From Cyanophora paradoxa CCMP329 (Eukaryota > Plantae > Glaucophyta): 61,203 bases of DNA. The stretch lies in the NCBI GenBank assembly GCA_004431415.1, contig QPMI01000592.1, positions 1 through 61,203 on the forward strand, given 5' to 3'. Made by a program: the position numbers and the translations under genes. The notes beneath the pieces are model-generated. The model had not been told where the DNA came from and made no database searches. It saw nothing but the letters and a program-made list of their open reading frames with translations. The stretch's first letter is position 1; every line of letters begins with the position of its first letter. Positions 1-11,521 of this stretch are shown one piece after another.

Positions 1-188
1 ATCTCGTGCCCTCACCGTGGTACGGTGGTGCTGCGAGCAGCATGCGCGCCTGACATTGCGAGCAACGAAATGGGGGTTTGAAAAGTCGCTCGATGATGCG
101 TACCCCGTTGGTCTAATTCGTGCCGTTGCTAGGATAAATACAGTTGCCCTTTCGAAAGTAGGGCACGATCCAGCGTACACCGGCAGAC

Positions 189-697
189 ATGCCGCGTGTG
201 AAGAAGAAGCCGCGGAAATCCGCCAAGGCCGCTCCGGCCGCCCCGCCCAGGCCAAGAAGCACACGAAGACCGAGTCGCCGGGAAAGAGACCTTACCGCTA
301 TCGTCCAGGTGCGGATGCCAATTATGGTAAGCAGTTAGGGAGGCTGAACGAGGAGAGCAGGTACTGTCGCGCTGCGGGGAGATTCGCAGATACCAGAAGA
401 CGACGGAGCTCCTGCTTCGCAAGCTTCCGTTCCAGCGGCTCGATGTTCGAGGTCGCACACGATCTAGGCGCAACGGATAAACGTTTCCAATCGTCGAGCG
501 TCCTCGCGCTGCAAGAGGCAGCGAGGCTTATCTTGTCGGCGTTTTTCAGGATGCGAACCTCTGCGCCATCCACGCAAGCGCGTGCGTTGCCTGAAGGATG
601 TGTGCTTAAATTTCTGATCGGTGCATGGTGCTCAGGGTCACAATCATGCCGAAGGACATGCAGCTCGCCCGTCGCATTCGCGGCGACGCGCACCTAG
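189..697 (+). CDS. H3: Divergent histone H3 variant with 2 introns and several 1-bp frameshifts (sequencing error or pseudogene)
   Basis: Pieces in shifting frames read MPRVKKKPRKS...KRPYRYRPG | intron 309-360 | [69 protein letters not shown] | intron | VTIMPKDMQLARRIRG, with TAG at 695-697. This is a clear H3 histone fold. Confidence 0.93.
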
Positions 698-1749
698 AAA
701 AGAGAAGAGCCGTACGGTGTATACCAGTATCTCTGGCGCACCGGAGGGCATGTAACCCGCAAATTCGATGGTGTTATGCCTGTATTGTGTTCTCAAGTAC
801 ACAACGGCGAGCTCGCTGAGTGCATGAGACGAATGTTTGAGAGCAATTGCGCCTTTTTGTACGAAATCGTCATCATGATCACTCGACAACCGACTGTGCT
901 CGACACGAGTGACAGTGGGCAACTAGTGTATTAAATAGAGAGATCATTCATCGTCAGATGAGGCCTCCAGAATTTCTGGATCGCTCGAGTTTATCGATGG
1001 CCCGATTGCCTTTCGATACATAACCCTCGTGAGGTCCGTGAGAGCGCACGAGATCCTCCAATTCGTACACACGGGTTTGAAGATTTTTCACCCAGGTCCA
1101 CGCCTGCTCCAGCTTGAGTTTCACCGGGCATGACTGACCGCACATGCTAGACATTTGCTGGTTGGCGCAGCACCAGACAAGGCGCTCTCCGCAAAGAGCC
1201 TCCGCACAGGCAATAGCGGCAAGCAAAACGGCCTGCGGTGACGTAGCAGCTAAGGCTTGCTGAAAGTGGGCTTTGGCCGCTGCTTTTTTAGCTACGGCTG
1301 TGCGCTTCGACGGATGGATTTCGCCGGAGACAGCTGTGGTAACTCACGCTCAAAGTTATACCGTCGATTATGCGCATTGAACCAGTCCGTCGGCGGACTG
1401 GACTGCTCTTTTTACACGGCTGTTTCCTGCGTCGGTGGTGGCTGACCCCTGGTTGCCCGACGGGGAGCAGGTCGGCTGCTGTCGCGGTAGAAGGCTTTCA
1501 GCAGAGTTGCTAATCGACGCCGTCGGCTCAGACTTCTGGCGTTTCGACATTAGGTAACTGCCGATCGAATTAGGGGTACGTGCTACAAGCGTTCGAACCT
1601 GCGTTACTGCACGCGAGCTTACAGTAGCCGACACGGACACGTTGACGGCAGCCAGGGTGCAATTGGCGTTTCGACAAGCGATGGGGACGCAGCAGCACAG
1701 ACAGGGTTGCTTTCCAAACGTAGGCGGATGAGAAACGCGTGCCCGCACA

Positions 1750-3150
1750 GTGCCCCTAAAGCGTCGCCTGATTGAATACGCAGGCCCGCGGCTTGAAGAG
1801 GTGGGACATGAGCCATTGTCGTACTCTTCGAGTGCGATGGTACCTGTGCAGGACACCCGCTATTCGGATCCGGACGTCAACTACGAGATAACAATCGGAG
1901 AGGAGCGTGCAGGGCGCAGGGACGTCGGCACATTAACGGAGTTTCCGCGTCCTTATGGGTATTATAAGCGTCATCCGCAAGCAGACATCGATGAGTACGT
2001 GCTGTGGTCGTTCATGTCAACCGAGGCATGATCTGAGACCGACGCGATGAAGACGTCGACGTCCCAGTATACGTGTGCATATACATGCACCTCATTCTGG
2101 ACAGAAGGTTGCCGCGAGTGACGTGTGTCAAGGCATGATGTGTAATTAAGTCGCAGCGTGCGCAGCTTCGGTGCAGTTTAGACCAACGTCATGTTTTCAC
2201 GACAACTTCAAGTATTTCTGCCAGACCTTCAACCTATCCAAAGGCGCTTTCGTGGTTGGAGGGAAACAATTGCAAGTACGGCCTGTCGACTGTCCCGAGT
2301 CCGTAGGGATAGAGGACGGCGACTTCATAACCTACGTTATGGATGGCAAAGGGGAGAAGCTGAAGCGGTGCGCGTGGTACATATGCATATAGGATGGGAA
2401 CTCATGGATTCACGGAACAATTCACAGGAGGAGGAGTTTGAGGCGTACGTTGAATGAAAGGACATCAGAAATTCGCGGGTCTGATTATCTCCACTTGAGC
2501 AGAGTGGACGAGGAGACTGCTATGGAGGTATGGATGACGGGCAGCGAGGGAGAGCGTACCATGCAGATGGTGGAACACCACGCAGAAATATTTTAGATCT
2601 GCGATCAAACAATGGCGGTACCGATGTTTGTGTGTGAATCGCAGGACGAAAGGTGAACCGATCGACCGGAATGTACTGGTTGCCACCGAGACGAAGGTTG
2701 AGTTGATGCTCGGGGGAATGAAGAGATGCAAGCTCACGATCGTGCCCGTACCGCAGGGTGTGTCTGCAAATGACTGTGATGGCGACGCATGATAGAACTT
2801 TACATGACACATGTGATGTGCACAAGGTGACGATTCGATGAACGATAAACTGCGCACGAAGGCGAACCAGTAACACGCTGGTTCGCAGTGTGTCGTTTCC
2901 GCAAGGACCTACGAACACCTTTCAGAGACGATGCGGCGCTTCACGGATAAAGTTATTATGCCCACAGGCACGTATTCGCAGGGTATGACGCAGTTGAATT
3001 CGAGTACCAAGGGAGGCCGCTTCTGAAAGGGGATACTCCGGAAAAACTAGAGATGAAACATGACGACGAAATTAAGTGCGTGAGCACTTACATGATGGCA
3101 TGCGTTACATGACGGTCGTGCACCAGGGTTATACCCACCTTATGGGGACA
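1750..3150 (+). CDS. Multi-exon protein with tandem SUMO/ubiquitin-like domains (Rad60-SLD/poly-SUMO-like); ends approximate
   Basis: About 2170-2350 FKYFCQTFNLSKGAFVVGGKQLQVRPVDCPESVGIEDGDFITY; about 2650-2720 KGEPIDRNVLVATETKVELMLGG; about 2985-3078 VEFEYQGRPLLKGDTPEKLEMKHDDEIKC, which matches the SUMO pattern F.F.G..L...DTP..L.M.D.D.I. Confidence 0.75.
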
Positions 3151-3725
3151 GCACATCGACTGCAGTCGAGCGCGCATTTCATATGTACAAGACCTGGTTT
3201 GCAGCTGCCTCCGACTTCAGCTACATTCATCCGACGCGCCGTCCGACTCCAAATAGGGGGCGTACACCAGAACGCATTGTAATGCAATCATGATGTACTT
3301 CAGGACTCTAGCGGCACACTGAAAGGGCCCGAGGGAGGGACGAATACTGATGATTTGCAGTACTCAAGCAGGCATCTCAGAAGACAAGAGCTACGGCCGC
3401 GTACAGGCGACCCGACGCGCGGAGCCTTTGCGGCAGGGCCGGGGCGGACGCCGGGGTGCAGCGGTGTGAGCTTGCTGATTACAGAATGTGAATTGACACA
3501 TGGCGATGAAGTGCACTAGCAGTCCCACGTATTCTATCCGCTCGATCGTTCATAGCTATCCGGGCTGCACCTAGGCACCATATGTAACTGATGACGGGCG
3601 CTCGGTTGAAGCATCTTAATGAGGTGCGGGCAAGGCGGGGCGGGGCTGGATGTGGCAGAGAAGGGCGGGGCGGGGTGATGCACTGATGGGTGGGGCGGGG
3701 CCGAGCCCTGCTTGGAGATTCTAAT

Positions 3726-4526
3726 CTAGTCGGGTATATTGTCGGAAGGGCATGGCTGCCATCTTCCTGTGTTGTCTATTTCGACAGCGAGATCTGCAGG
3801 CGTTGTCTGGAATGAGGGTGTCAATAATTACGAGATGTAAAGGTAAATCGGGCACAGACCCCATCAAGGATGGACTTGAAGAACTCGTCAATGATGAGAT
3901 CGTGGAGACCTGCTTGTCTTTGGCAGAATTGGAATGGGCATTCCCTATGGAAAGGAATTCATTGTGATCGTGATCATGAGTGCAGGACGAATAGCTGACC
4001 AATCTTCATTATGAAGGGAGAATATCAAGTGCTCGTTGAAATCGAAACACTGCGTCGGGATAAGAATAATGTGGAATTTATGATGGGAATGCGACCACGT
4101 ACGTGCGGGTGAACGCAGTACACGGATTGAACTGGCACTCTGATACGTTCTGATGTGTAGGGACAGGACAGATGCAGGCGGAATTTCGTATCGAGTGCCC
4201 GAGCGATAGCTGGCAGGCGTCTGGTGGTGAGACGTGAAGAAGTAGAGGTTGAAAATTTACGTAAGGGAAATACCAAATTCACGTCCGGCTTGCCATGGCC
4301 TGAAGATGTGGATAGGCTCGATCTGCAGAAATCGTTGCAGAACCGTTCCATCTTCAACGATTATGATGCGATCAACAGGCGGTGTGTTTCTCAGAAGAGT
4401 AGTGACGTCGGAGAAGTGACTATAGTCACGGATCGGTCCTCTATAGTCATGTGGCTGCTCGATCCTCTGCATCGTTCCTCTGAACATCCCAGGTGAGATC
4501 CCATGGCACGCTTTTGTTTTCGCCAT
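3726..4526 (-). CDS. Small SP-RING (MIZ-type zinc finger) SUMO E3 ligase-like protein, 4 or more short introns
   Basis: Spliced read LHLSCPYTSERIRVPVQSVYCVHPH|CFDFNEHLIFSLHNEDW|ECPFQFCQRQAGLHDLIIDEFFKSILDG|TTPADLAVEIDNTGRWQP matches the Siz/PIAS SP-RING, including the LIID.FF..IL and EI...G.W tails. Stop at 3728-3726. Confidence 0.88.
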
Positions 4527-4601
4527 GATCAAGTAATCGGAACCTGTTGAAATATATAAGTTAAAAGTCGTCTTTATTTAGACGGCAGTCGAGGATCGGG
4601 C
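4527..4601. promoter_or_regulatory. Candidate bidirectional promoter
   Basis: 75-bp AT-rich gap (AATATATAAG, TCTTTATTTA) between divergent ATGs at 4526 (-) and 4602 (+). Confidence 0.45.
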
Positions 4602-5590
4602 ATGAGCATGCTTACTTCGAGCCGGGGTATCAGCCGCCCTGCGAATGAGCGCGCTTCGAATGTACGCCGAGCAGCGGTTGCAGCGCTTGTGTTCGCCTTG
4701 CTGGCGCTGGCGTTGGCGAAGGAGCGCGCCGTGCACGGTACGCGTTGCTTCGCGCTTAGCGGTGGGTTGGCCTAGCTGGAGATTGCGCTGGCTAATGAGC
4801 GCGCTATGAACGATGCGACGACCTGCGCGTGTAGCGCACGGGGTGTCGTTCACGGCGCCGGGAATGCATGCTGTACCCCTAATTGCCGGACTTGACTCTT
4901 GCAGAGACGCCTAGGCATGTCGTTGACGAATACTTCGCGTCCCATACTCGATTCCGGTTCCAAGAAGCGATCGAGAGGTATGTTCTCCGTGTGCTTGCTC
5001 CGTTCGCTGCTGATGCGAGTGCATGCTGCGATTTGCGCCATCGCAGATACGTCGCCCACATCCGATATAGTGCTAGCTGCTTCTTACGCGAGACCGAATC
5101 TCGATTTAGCTTCTTACCGCGACATTTCTGAATCAGTGAGAGTCAGCGGCCGCGGTTCCATCACCGTACTGGAGGCCATGAGCCACATGACCCCCGACGT
5201 TTTTATAATCAAGAATCCCTGCACAGGCGCCATCGTAGCAGTACCACCTGGGCCTGCAGCTCTGCGCGTGAGTAACAACGAGTATACTTCTGCGTACGAT
5301 GTGATTGCGTCCGTTCAGCTTACGGACTGTAATGGAGGTACCTGTACGCATGTAATCTTGGATGATGATCAACTATTAACCCCATCTTCACCTCAGAGTA
5401 CGACTTGATGATAAAGGCCTTCGATTGTGCTGGCAGTTGGGACCCCGATCGCCGGTGGGCCGAAATCTACATGAAGTGGAATGGAACGGTCGTCAAGCAC
5501 GTCGTAAATCGACCTGATGTGGATCCAGATGGATGGCCGCTGCATGATGATATGTACCACGGAATGTACGACGATGTCGGTCAGAATTAG
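4602..5590 (+). CDS. Hypothetical secreted or membrane-anchored protein, multi-exon
   Basis: Exon 1 MSMLTSSRG...RRAAVAALVFALLALALAKERAVH is a basic patch plus hydrophobic stretch, followed by a GTACGC donor. Later exons lie in ORFs 4883-5131, 4899-5408 and 5405-5590. Confidence 0.55.
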
Positions 5591-5869
5591 GGCAAGGACG
5601 CGCGCCGTACTACATATACGTGTTATGGCAGTCAGTTCACAGTTTCGTATCGATTACTGTTTCCTATCTCTGACACCTTCTATTCTGCGCTCTACTACTT
5701 AGTTTTGTCTGTATTTATTGAATGCGCACATTGGCACTTGCTACCCTCAGCTTGCTTCACTTGACTTCTATTCCAATATCATCCACTCATACTACCTCGA
5801 TCCTCCTCACATGTACATGTTTCGTACTATGCTAGCTGACTAGGCCTGGACTACAGTATAGTAAGCTTA

Positions 5870-7590
5870 AGCCGCCGGAAGAGAACTCTGCCGGGGTCCG
5901 ATCCCCTTGCTGCAACAGAGGCGTCGAATGCAGAGCTTACCACACCGCGGCCGCACCCGTGAAGATGCGCACATGAAGAATATGGGTCCGATCACCACCG
6001 CAAGGAGGGTTTAGAGATCACATGCTGTAGTTACTTGGGGGTTGGGGGGAGTGAAAGAACTGTAGTAGCAGGGGGTCGCAGGAGTTCGGCAGGAATAGTG
6101 TACGTAGCGACGTACTCTGTTGGGGTCCGATTCCCTTGCTGCCACCGAGGCGTCGAATGCAGCGTTGAAGGCATCGTAAATCTCTTGTGTGAGAAGCGGC
6201 AGACCGTTGTGTGTGAGCTGCCGCCTAGCGAAGAACTTGATGAGGTCACGTCGGAGCCTCTCGTACCAGGCGTAAACTCTGCCGCATGTGTAACCGCCAG
6301 CAGCGTACACATGCACGTTCGCAAATTTCTTCATGAACTGGCCGCAAACACAGTATTAACTTTTCGGGTGAACTCGACACCAGCCGCGATGATCGTATAA
6401 AATAGAAACGCACGGGGTGCACTCCTGAGGGAAGCAGACCGGTGTCCCCTTCGCAACCAATCCAATCCAGGTGACGCGCCCTCAGATTCCTGCGCACAAC
6501 ATTTGAGTGTCATCAAAGTAGTTGCAGGACGCCAGCTGCGGAGGCAGGAGGCATTATGCACTCGAGTTCGGATCTTGATCGCGGGTTAACGTCTTCGATG
6601 CCTGAAAGCGATGACGCAAGAACGCGATCGCGGAGGCCAGCAGTAGTATTTATTGTATGCGAGAGAGTACGTACTCCAGCTCCCGTGTCTTGCACGTATT
6701 TCAAAATCCGGGGCACGGAGTAATACGGATGATGCGTGGTTAATACGTGACCATTTTCAACGTAGTAGAATGGGTGCAGGAGGCCCAGGTAATCCACGTT
6801 GATGGGAATTGTGTGCGTGATGAGGGTCATACACGCTGCAAACGTTGCGACCGGGTGGCTAAGGTCGTCTCCTGGCACGTAGATTGCACATGCAGCGAGG
6901 TCGTACGATGATACTATACGCTCAATAGTATTCGAACCCATGACACTGATCTGAGCAACAAGATTTGAAAATCAAAATGAGACCGTTCAGAATATTCTGC
7001 ATGTAACAGGCACCTGCAGAGGTAGGACCCCTGGGGCCATGATCTGGACGCCGTAGGCAAAAGGTGCACAGAAGACATCCACGGTTTTATTCTTTGGTAG
7101 GTAAGGCGCGACTCGTTCTGCGGAGGCGCGGGCTGCAGCTTGGTAGAAGGCGGTGACAACGCGAGTGAATTCTGCAACGGTCGAGGCTTTTACGTAGATG
7201 TCGATATCGTTCCTGCAGGCTACTATCAGGACGAACGGTTCGCGCTCACGTTTTCGCGCATGCATGCGTACAGTGCCATTCGGTAGGCTATCGGCGGGCA
7301 CGTGATGGCTTTGAAGGGGAGGCCACCTGTGCGTGTAGAGAGGATGCGTATGTATGTATACGTAGGCATGGAACGATGAGCGAAGGACGGACCTGATATG
7401 AACACGCAGCTTGGTATGTCAGAAGGAAGGTACGAAATTAAGGCGTGGTCGCGGAGACGCTCCCCGAAAGCCGCAGGGTGTGCATAAAAGCCGTCCATCA
7501 CAGGCAAACCTGGTCCAATGATCCCATGATCCCGGCAGCCATCGTCAATGGCCCTTCCGAGCATATCACCGCTCTGTAAAAACTGGGAGT
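5870..7590 (-). CDS. Pol-beta-superfamily nucleotidyltransferase-like protein, multi-exon; 5' end uncertain
   Basis: Ordered motifs: CVFISG|GLPFKAI (GG formed across an intron), NDIDIYV (DxD), LQ|ISVMGSNTIERIVSSYDLAACAI, then PRILKY..TG. The C-terminal module AFDASVAARxSDP is present twice (about 6125-6160 and 5895-5930). Confidence 0.6.
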
Positions 7591-8058
7591 AGGAGCACGC
7601 ATGACATTAGCTATAGTACCATGTGTTTACCGGATGCGCAAGCAAAGTATAGAACATGCGTGTGTGCGAACCTCGGTGGGCGCGATACATAGATCGGTGG
7701 TGGTGGGCTTGTACAAGGCACTCAGATTAAAGCGCGCCGCGAGATATGATGCTAGCTTTCGCCGAGGATGATTGATCGCGCCTGTGATATCGTACAAGTC
7801 GTACATGGCCGCCGAGGAACAGGATATACGGAGAGAGACTGCTGACAGCTATTCTCGGAAGTGTCGCTGACGGAGCGATAGCACAGGGGCAGATGCTCGC
7901 GTCGGGAAGGATACTGGGAAGGAAGAGACGACGGAATGGTTTTGGGTATTTTGGGCTGTGACGCGGACGCCCTCATACGAGGGTACAGGCCCGAAGAGTA
8001 AAAGTGACCGTTGTACAAGCACTAGGAGAGATCACTGAGGCCAAACAATAGCGGCGCG

Positions 8059-8854
8059 TTATGCAGAGCGGAGAAGTGCCGAGAGCGAACGAGGAAGAGA
8101 CGGCTTCGACCCCCATAGGAACACACACGTCGGCAGAGTCAGCAACAAGCGCACGTAAGGCAGTTCAAGAAGCGGCTGATGATACGCAAACGGACAAGCG
8201 GCCAGAACCAGAGGTGCGTGTGCATTTGCTGGCGGGATTGAAGAGATCGCCCAACGAGTACGCCCATGCGCGCATCGGGCTGCGCAGGGAGACCGGAGAG
8301 ATGATGATAGCGATTGCCCGTCGTGCCACTGGGCGGAAATCTGGCAGAGTGCGGAGGGTGCAGATCTGGCGTTGTGTAAAACCTCTGCATCTGAAAACGA
8401 CTGACCGGCTGCTATTGTTGCGGCGTTGTAAATTGCAGGCAAGGCATGTAAGATGGCGGATGGCGAGGTGCAAGGCAGCGACAGCGACAGCACCAGTGAC
8501 GACTCAAGTAAGTGAATCGAGAATTTCATGCCCGCATGAATTGCTATCAGATTGATGGCTTGCATTTCCGTATTGATTGCAGTACTGACGACCCCGATAT
8601 TCCCAATTCTTCCTATTTCGGACGGGGACTCTATAAGAATGAACGGCCTCCTGACGAGGCTGCAGAAGGTATCGATCGAAATGGTAATTTTGACGGAGGC
8701 AATTGATGAATTGGCATCCAAGCGACCAGGAAATAGTTGCTCTGACATGAGAAAGAGCTCTGTGCACGCATGGTGTTCATGCAGTTTTTTAAGATCGAGC
8801 ATCAAGCATCTTGAGACGGCAATCCAGTTATTTCCGAGTCAAGAACAGGCATAG
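8059..8854. CDS. Probable coding region of unknown function; strand unresolved, possibly 5' exons of the NTase-like gene
   Basis: A 248-aa minus-strand ORF (8059-8805) competes with plus-strand ORFs; no recognisable motif. Confidence 0.25.
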
Positions 8855-8991
8855 GCCTGCCGACTCTCGATGTGTATCCGAATATCAATCATAGTGTATG
8901 AAGTATAGAATTACAGGCTACATAGGGGGAGCGGCACGGGTCCAGAGGGCGGTGTTCATAGGTGAGAGGACGTTGGAGGGCAGATGCATAG

Positions 8992-11360
8992 CTATAGGGC
9001 GAGGGGCAACGGCTTCAGTGACGACGCGTAGCCGGTGCAAATGTTCCGAATCGGAGGTCCGGGTCGGCGATCTTGAGGCCGCCGAGAGCGGTCTCTAAAT
9101 CCTATGCTCACAGACCGAGTCACGGGCGAAGGCTTCCCTATAGCACTGGAGGGTGCGGGGTGCACCTGCCGCAACTTGCATGCCTGATCATTGGAGAGGT
9201 CATCGTCGGCGGCTCGCACACGCAATGCGGCCCGGAGGCGGCAAAGGCGAGAGCGGAAGGAAGCAAGGACGTCGGGCTCCAGAGGTACCGGTAGCTTCAT
9301 TTCGACCAAGTGAAGCTCGCGCAGACTGGTCATGTACTGCGCAATGAGCTGCGGGCGAGTCAGCAGAGAGGCGGGGTCGGAAGCTAAAGGTTTAGAAACA
9401 AGGCACTGGCTGCTACACCTTCATAATTGCGTCCACGACGAAGGGGGGCGTTTCCAAACCAAATCCCGCGCCTCCATCCCAGCCGTGCAGATGAAGGGTG
9501 TGGACCTTGTTCAGGGCGTTCCAGGCACTGGGTTTGATCTGGGAGCAAATGCTGACCGCAATCTCCAAGTACTGCAAACGAGCGGGGAGCGGGGAGCGGG
9601 GATTGGAATGGATTGAATGCAGGGGTTGTGGCGCGGACTCACTCGCAATTCTGTGCAGCGCTCGATCACGCTCTCCATGGCGCCACCTTGGTTCTCATCT
9701 CCACGCTGACCGAAGTCGAGAGCGTGGAGGCGGGGCGCCAGGGGGACAAGTGGCCATGGCAAAGTGTCCTCATCCACCTCATCGAGTACAAGCGATTGGA
9801 GCTGTGTGAGCGCGGGATGACGTTGAGGGCTCTTTGTATGCTATCGACCTCATTGGAACCGGCAACGCCGAGCTGCAGCGCTGAGTGCGCGAAGGCGCTG
9901 TCAGCAGGGGTAGCAAGCGAGCTGGAGAGAGCACCCGGACATGCGCACACTTGAGGGCAGTAATTCGGCCTAGTGGGGCAAAGTCGGCGATGTTGCGAGT
10001 TCGCAAAGCGAGGTGCTCGAGGGTCAGTAACTGTACGAGCGGCTCGAGGGAGACCTGGAGAAGCGTGACCTCCTCTTCACCGTTGTCTTCATCATCTGGG
10101 TCCGCTCCGATAGAAAACACAAGGGAGAGTGCTGCGGCATCGTGCGGGTGCGAACATTAAAATGGTGATGATGGGTGCGGGGGCGCGTAGAAATACTAGG
10201 CAATGGAGTGGTGGCAGGCTGTGTTGTGCACGCAAGCGGAGGGAGGGGGGGACGGGGTCGAAGGGGGAAGTGGGGAGGAACTTACATTTTAGGGGAAGGC
10301 TGACGAGAGGGCGGAGGGCGTCAGGGGCAAAGTACGTTGTCTCCGGATACAAGTTTCCGAATATGAATTGAAGATGCAGCTTATGGAGGTACTTCAAGGG
10401 CCCTTTCGCCAGGAGGTCAAATGCATTGAATACGACGATTGGGAGCAGGCCGCCGCTAGAGGATGGCTCCGACAGGATGCTCGCCCGTAACTCTGTGAGA
10501 GCAGGGCCCTTGGTTGCCAGGTATTCGAACGCAGGCTGGCTTAGCGATATCTGATCGCGCTCCAAACCGTAGCGCGCATCTAGATCGAGACAGGTGAGGT
10601 TGACGAACGATGGATCGCTGAGGCACGCGACGTTCTCCGGCTTGAAGACGTAGGTAAAGCCATTCATCCCATCCAAGGCAAGTCGGATGGCGCGCAGAGA
10701 AGTCGGAGAGAAGCGGACGAACGGAGTCAAAACGCAAGTTTGGACTGGATTATCAAGGACGACTTCTGTGGGCCGCGGGTATGGCCGCTGGAATCTGGGA
10801 GGACGGTCCTGCGATGCAACGGCGTGTTGGATTCATGGGATGCTCGACCTCGCAGGGACGCACTAGCAGTAAGATTTCCATGTGGACATCCTCAATTCCC
10901 GGCACCGCCGCTGCCGCGCGAATGCACGCATTGGCGAGGTCATCCAGACGATGTTCCGCCTTTCCGAGGCGGCTTTCCACGGTCTGCAGACTGAAGAATG
11001 CCCGCGGCGCCCGCAGTAGGGTTCTGAACCGACGACAAACTTGCCCGAGCGGGACGAGCACGTGCATGTCAACGCGGTCGATGCGCTTTGATTCCAACGG
11101 ATGCTCCGGCATAGATAAAAGTGATTCGGCGTACGAGCAACAGCCGCCGGGCAACACCGTCCCGACCACGAGCTGGCTTGCAAGCGCAATTATCTTGGCG
11201 AGTAACTCGTCCGGCAGACATAAGATGTTGACCTGCGGTTGCCATCTCCCATGAACAGATTATGACAGGGCATGTGATCACAAGCTATAGCGGCACGCGT
11301 ACGCACGACATTTACATTCAGGTGGGAACTATGCGCAACACGTCGTCGCCTCTTTCCCAT
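8992..11360 (-). CDS. F-box protein with degenerate LRR-like C-terminus, multi-exon
   Basis: Exon 1 MGKRRRR...; the exon from about 11232 reads VNILCLPDELLAKIIALA...LGQVCRRFRTLL (F-box). LxxLxL repeats follow: NLTCLDLD, ALTELRAS, YLHKLHLQ, TLEHLALR, SLRELHLV. Confidence 0.75.
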
Positions 11361-11521
11361 CTGCTGGAAGCTGAGCACTTCGAGCCCGTTCGGGGAGACT
11401 TTAATTTTTTTGGAGGGGGGCGTACGTGAACTGAGAGTGTTGGTGAACGATCGGGAAAGTAGAGTTAGTTCTGAATTTGAAATTTTCGTCGTCCCGTCAT
11501 TCGAGCTTCTGTCGACGTGCA

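Noticed and set aside
17-697. 226-aa ORF as a real protein
   Set aside because: It runs through introns and only touches the H3 frame in patches.
189-697. Firm CENH3 call
   Set aside because: Q68 and F84 are canonical and loop 1 is only one residue longer, so the evidence is mixed.
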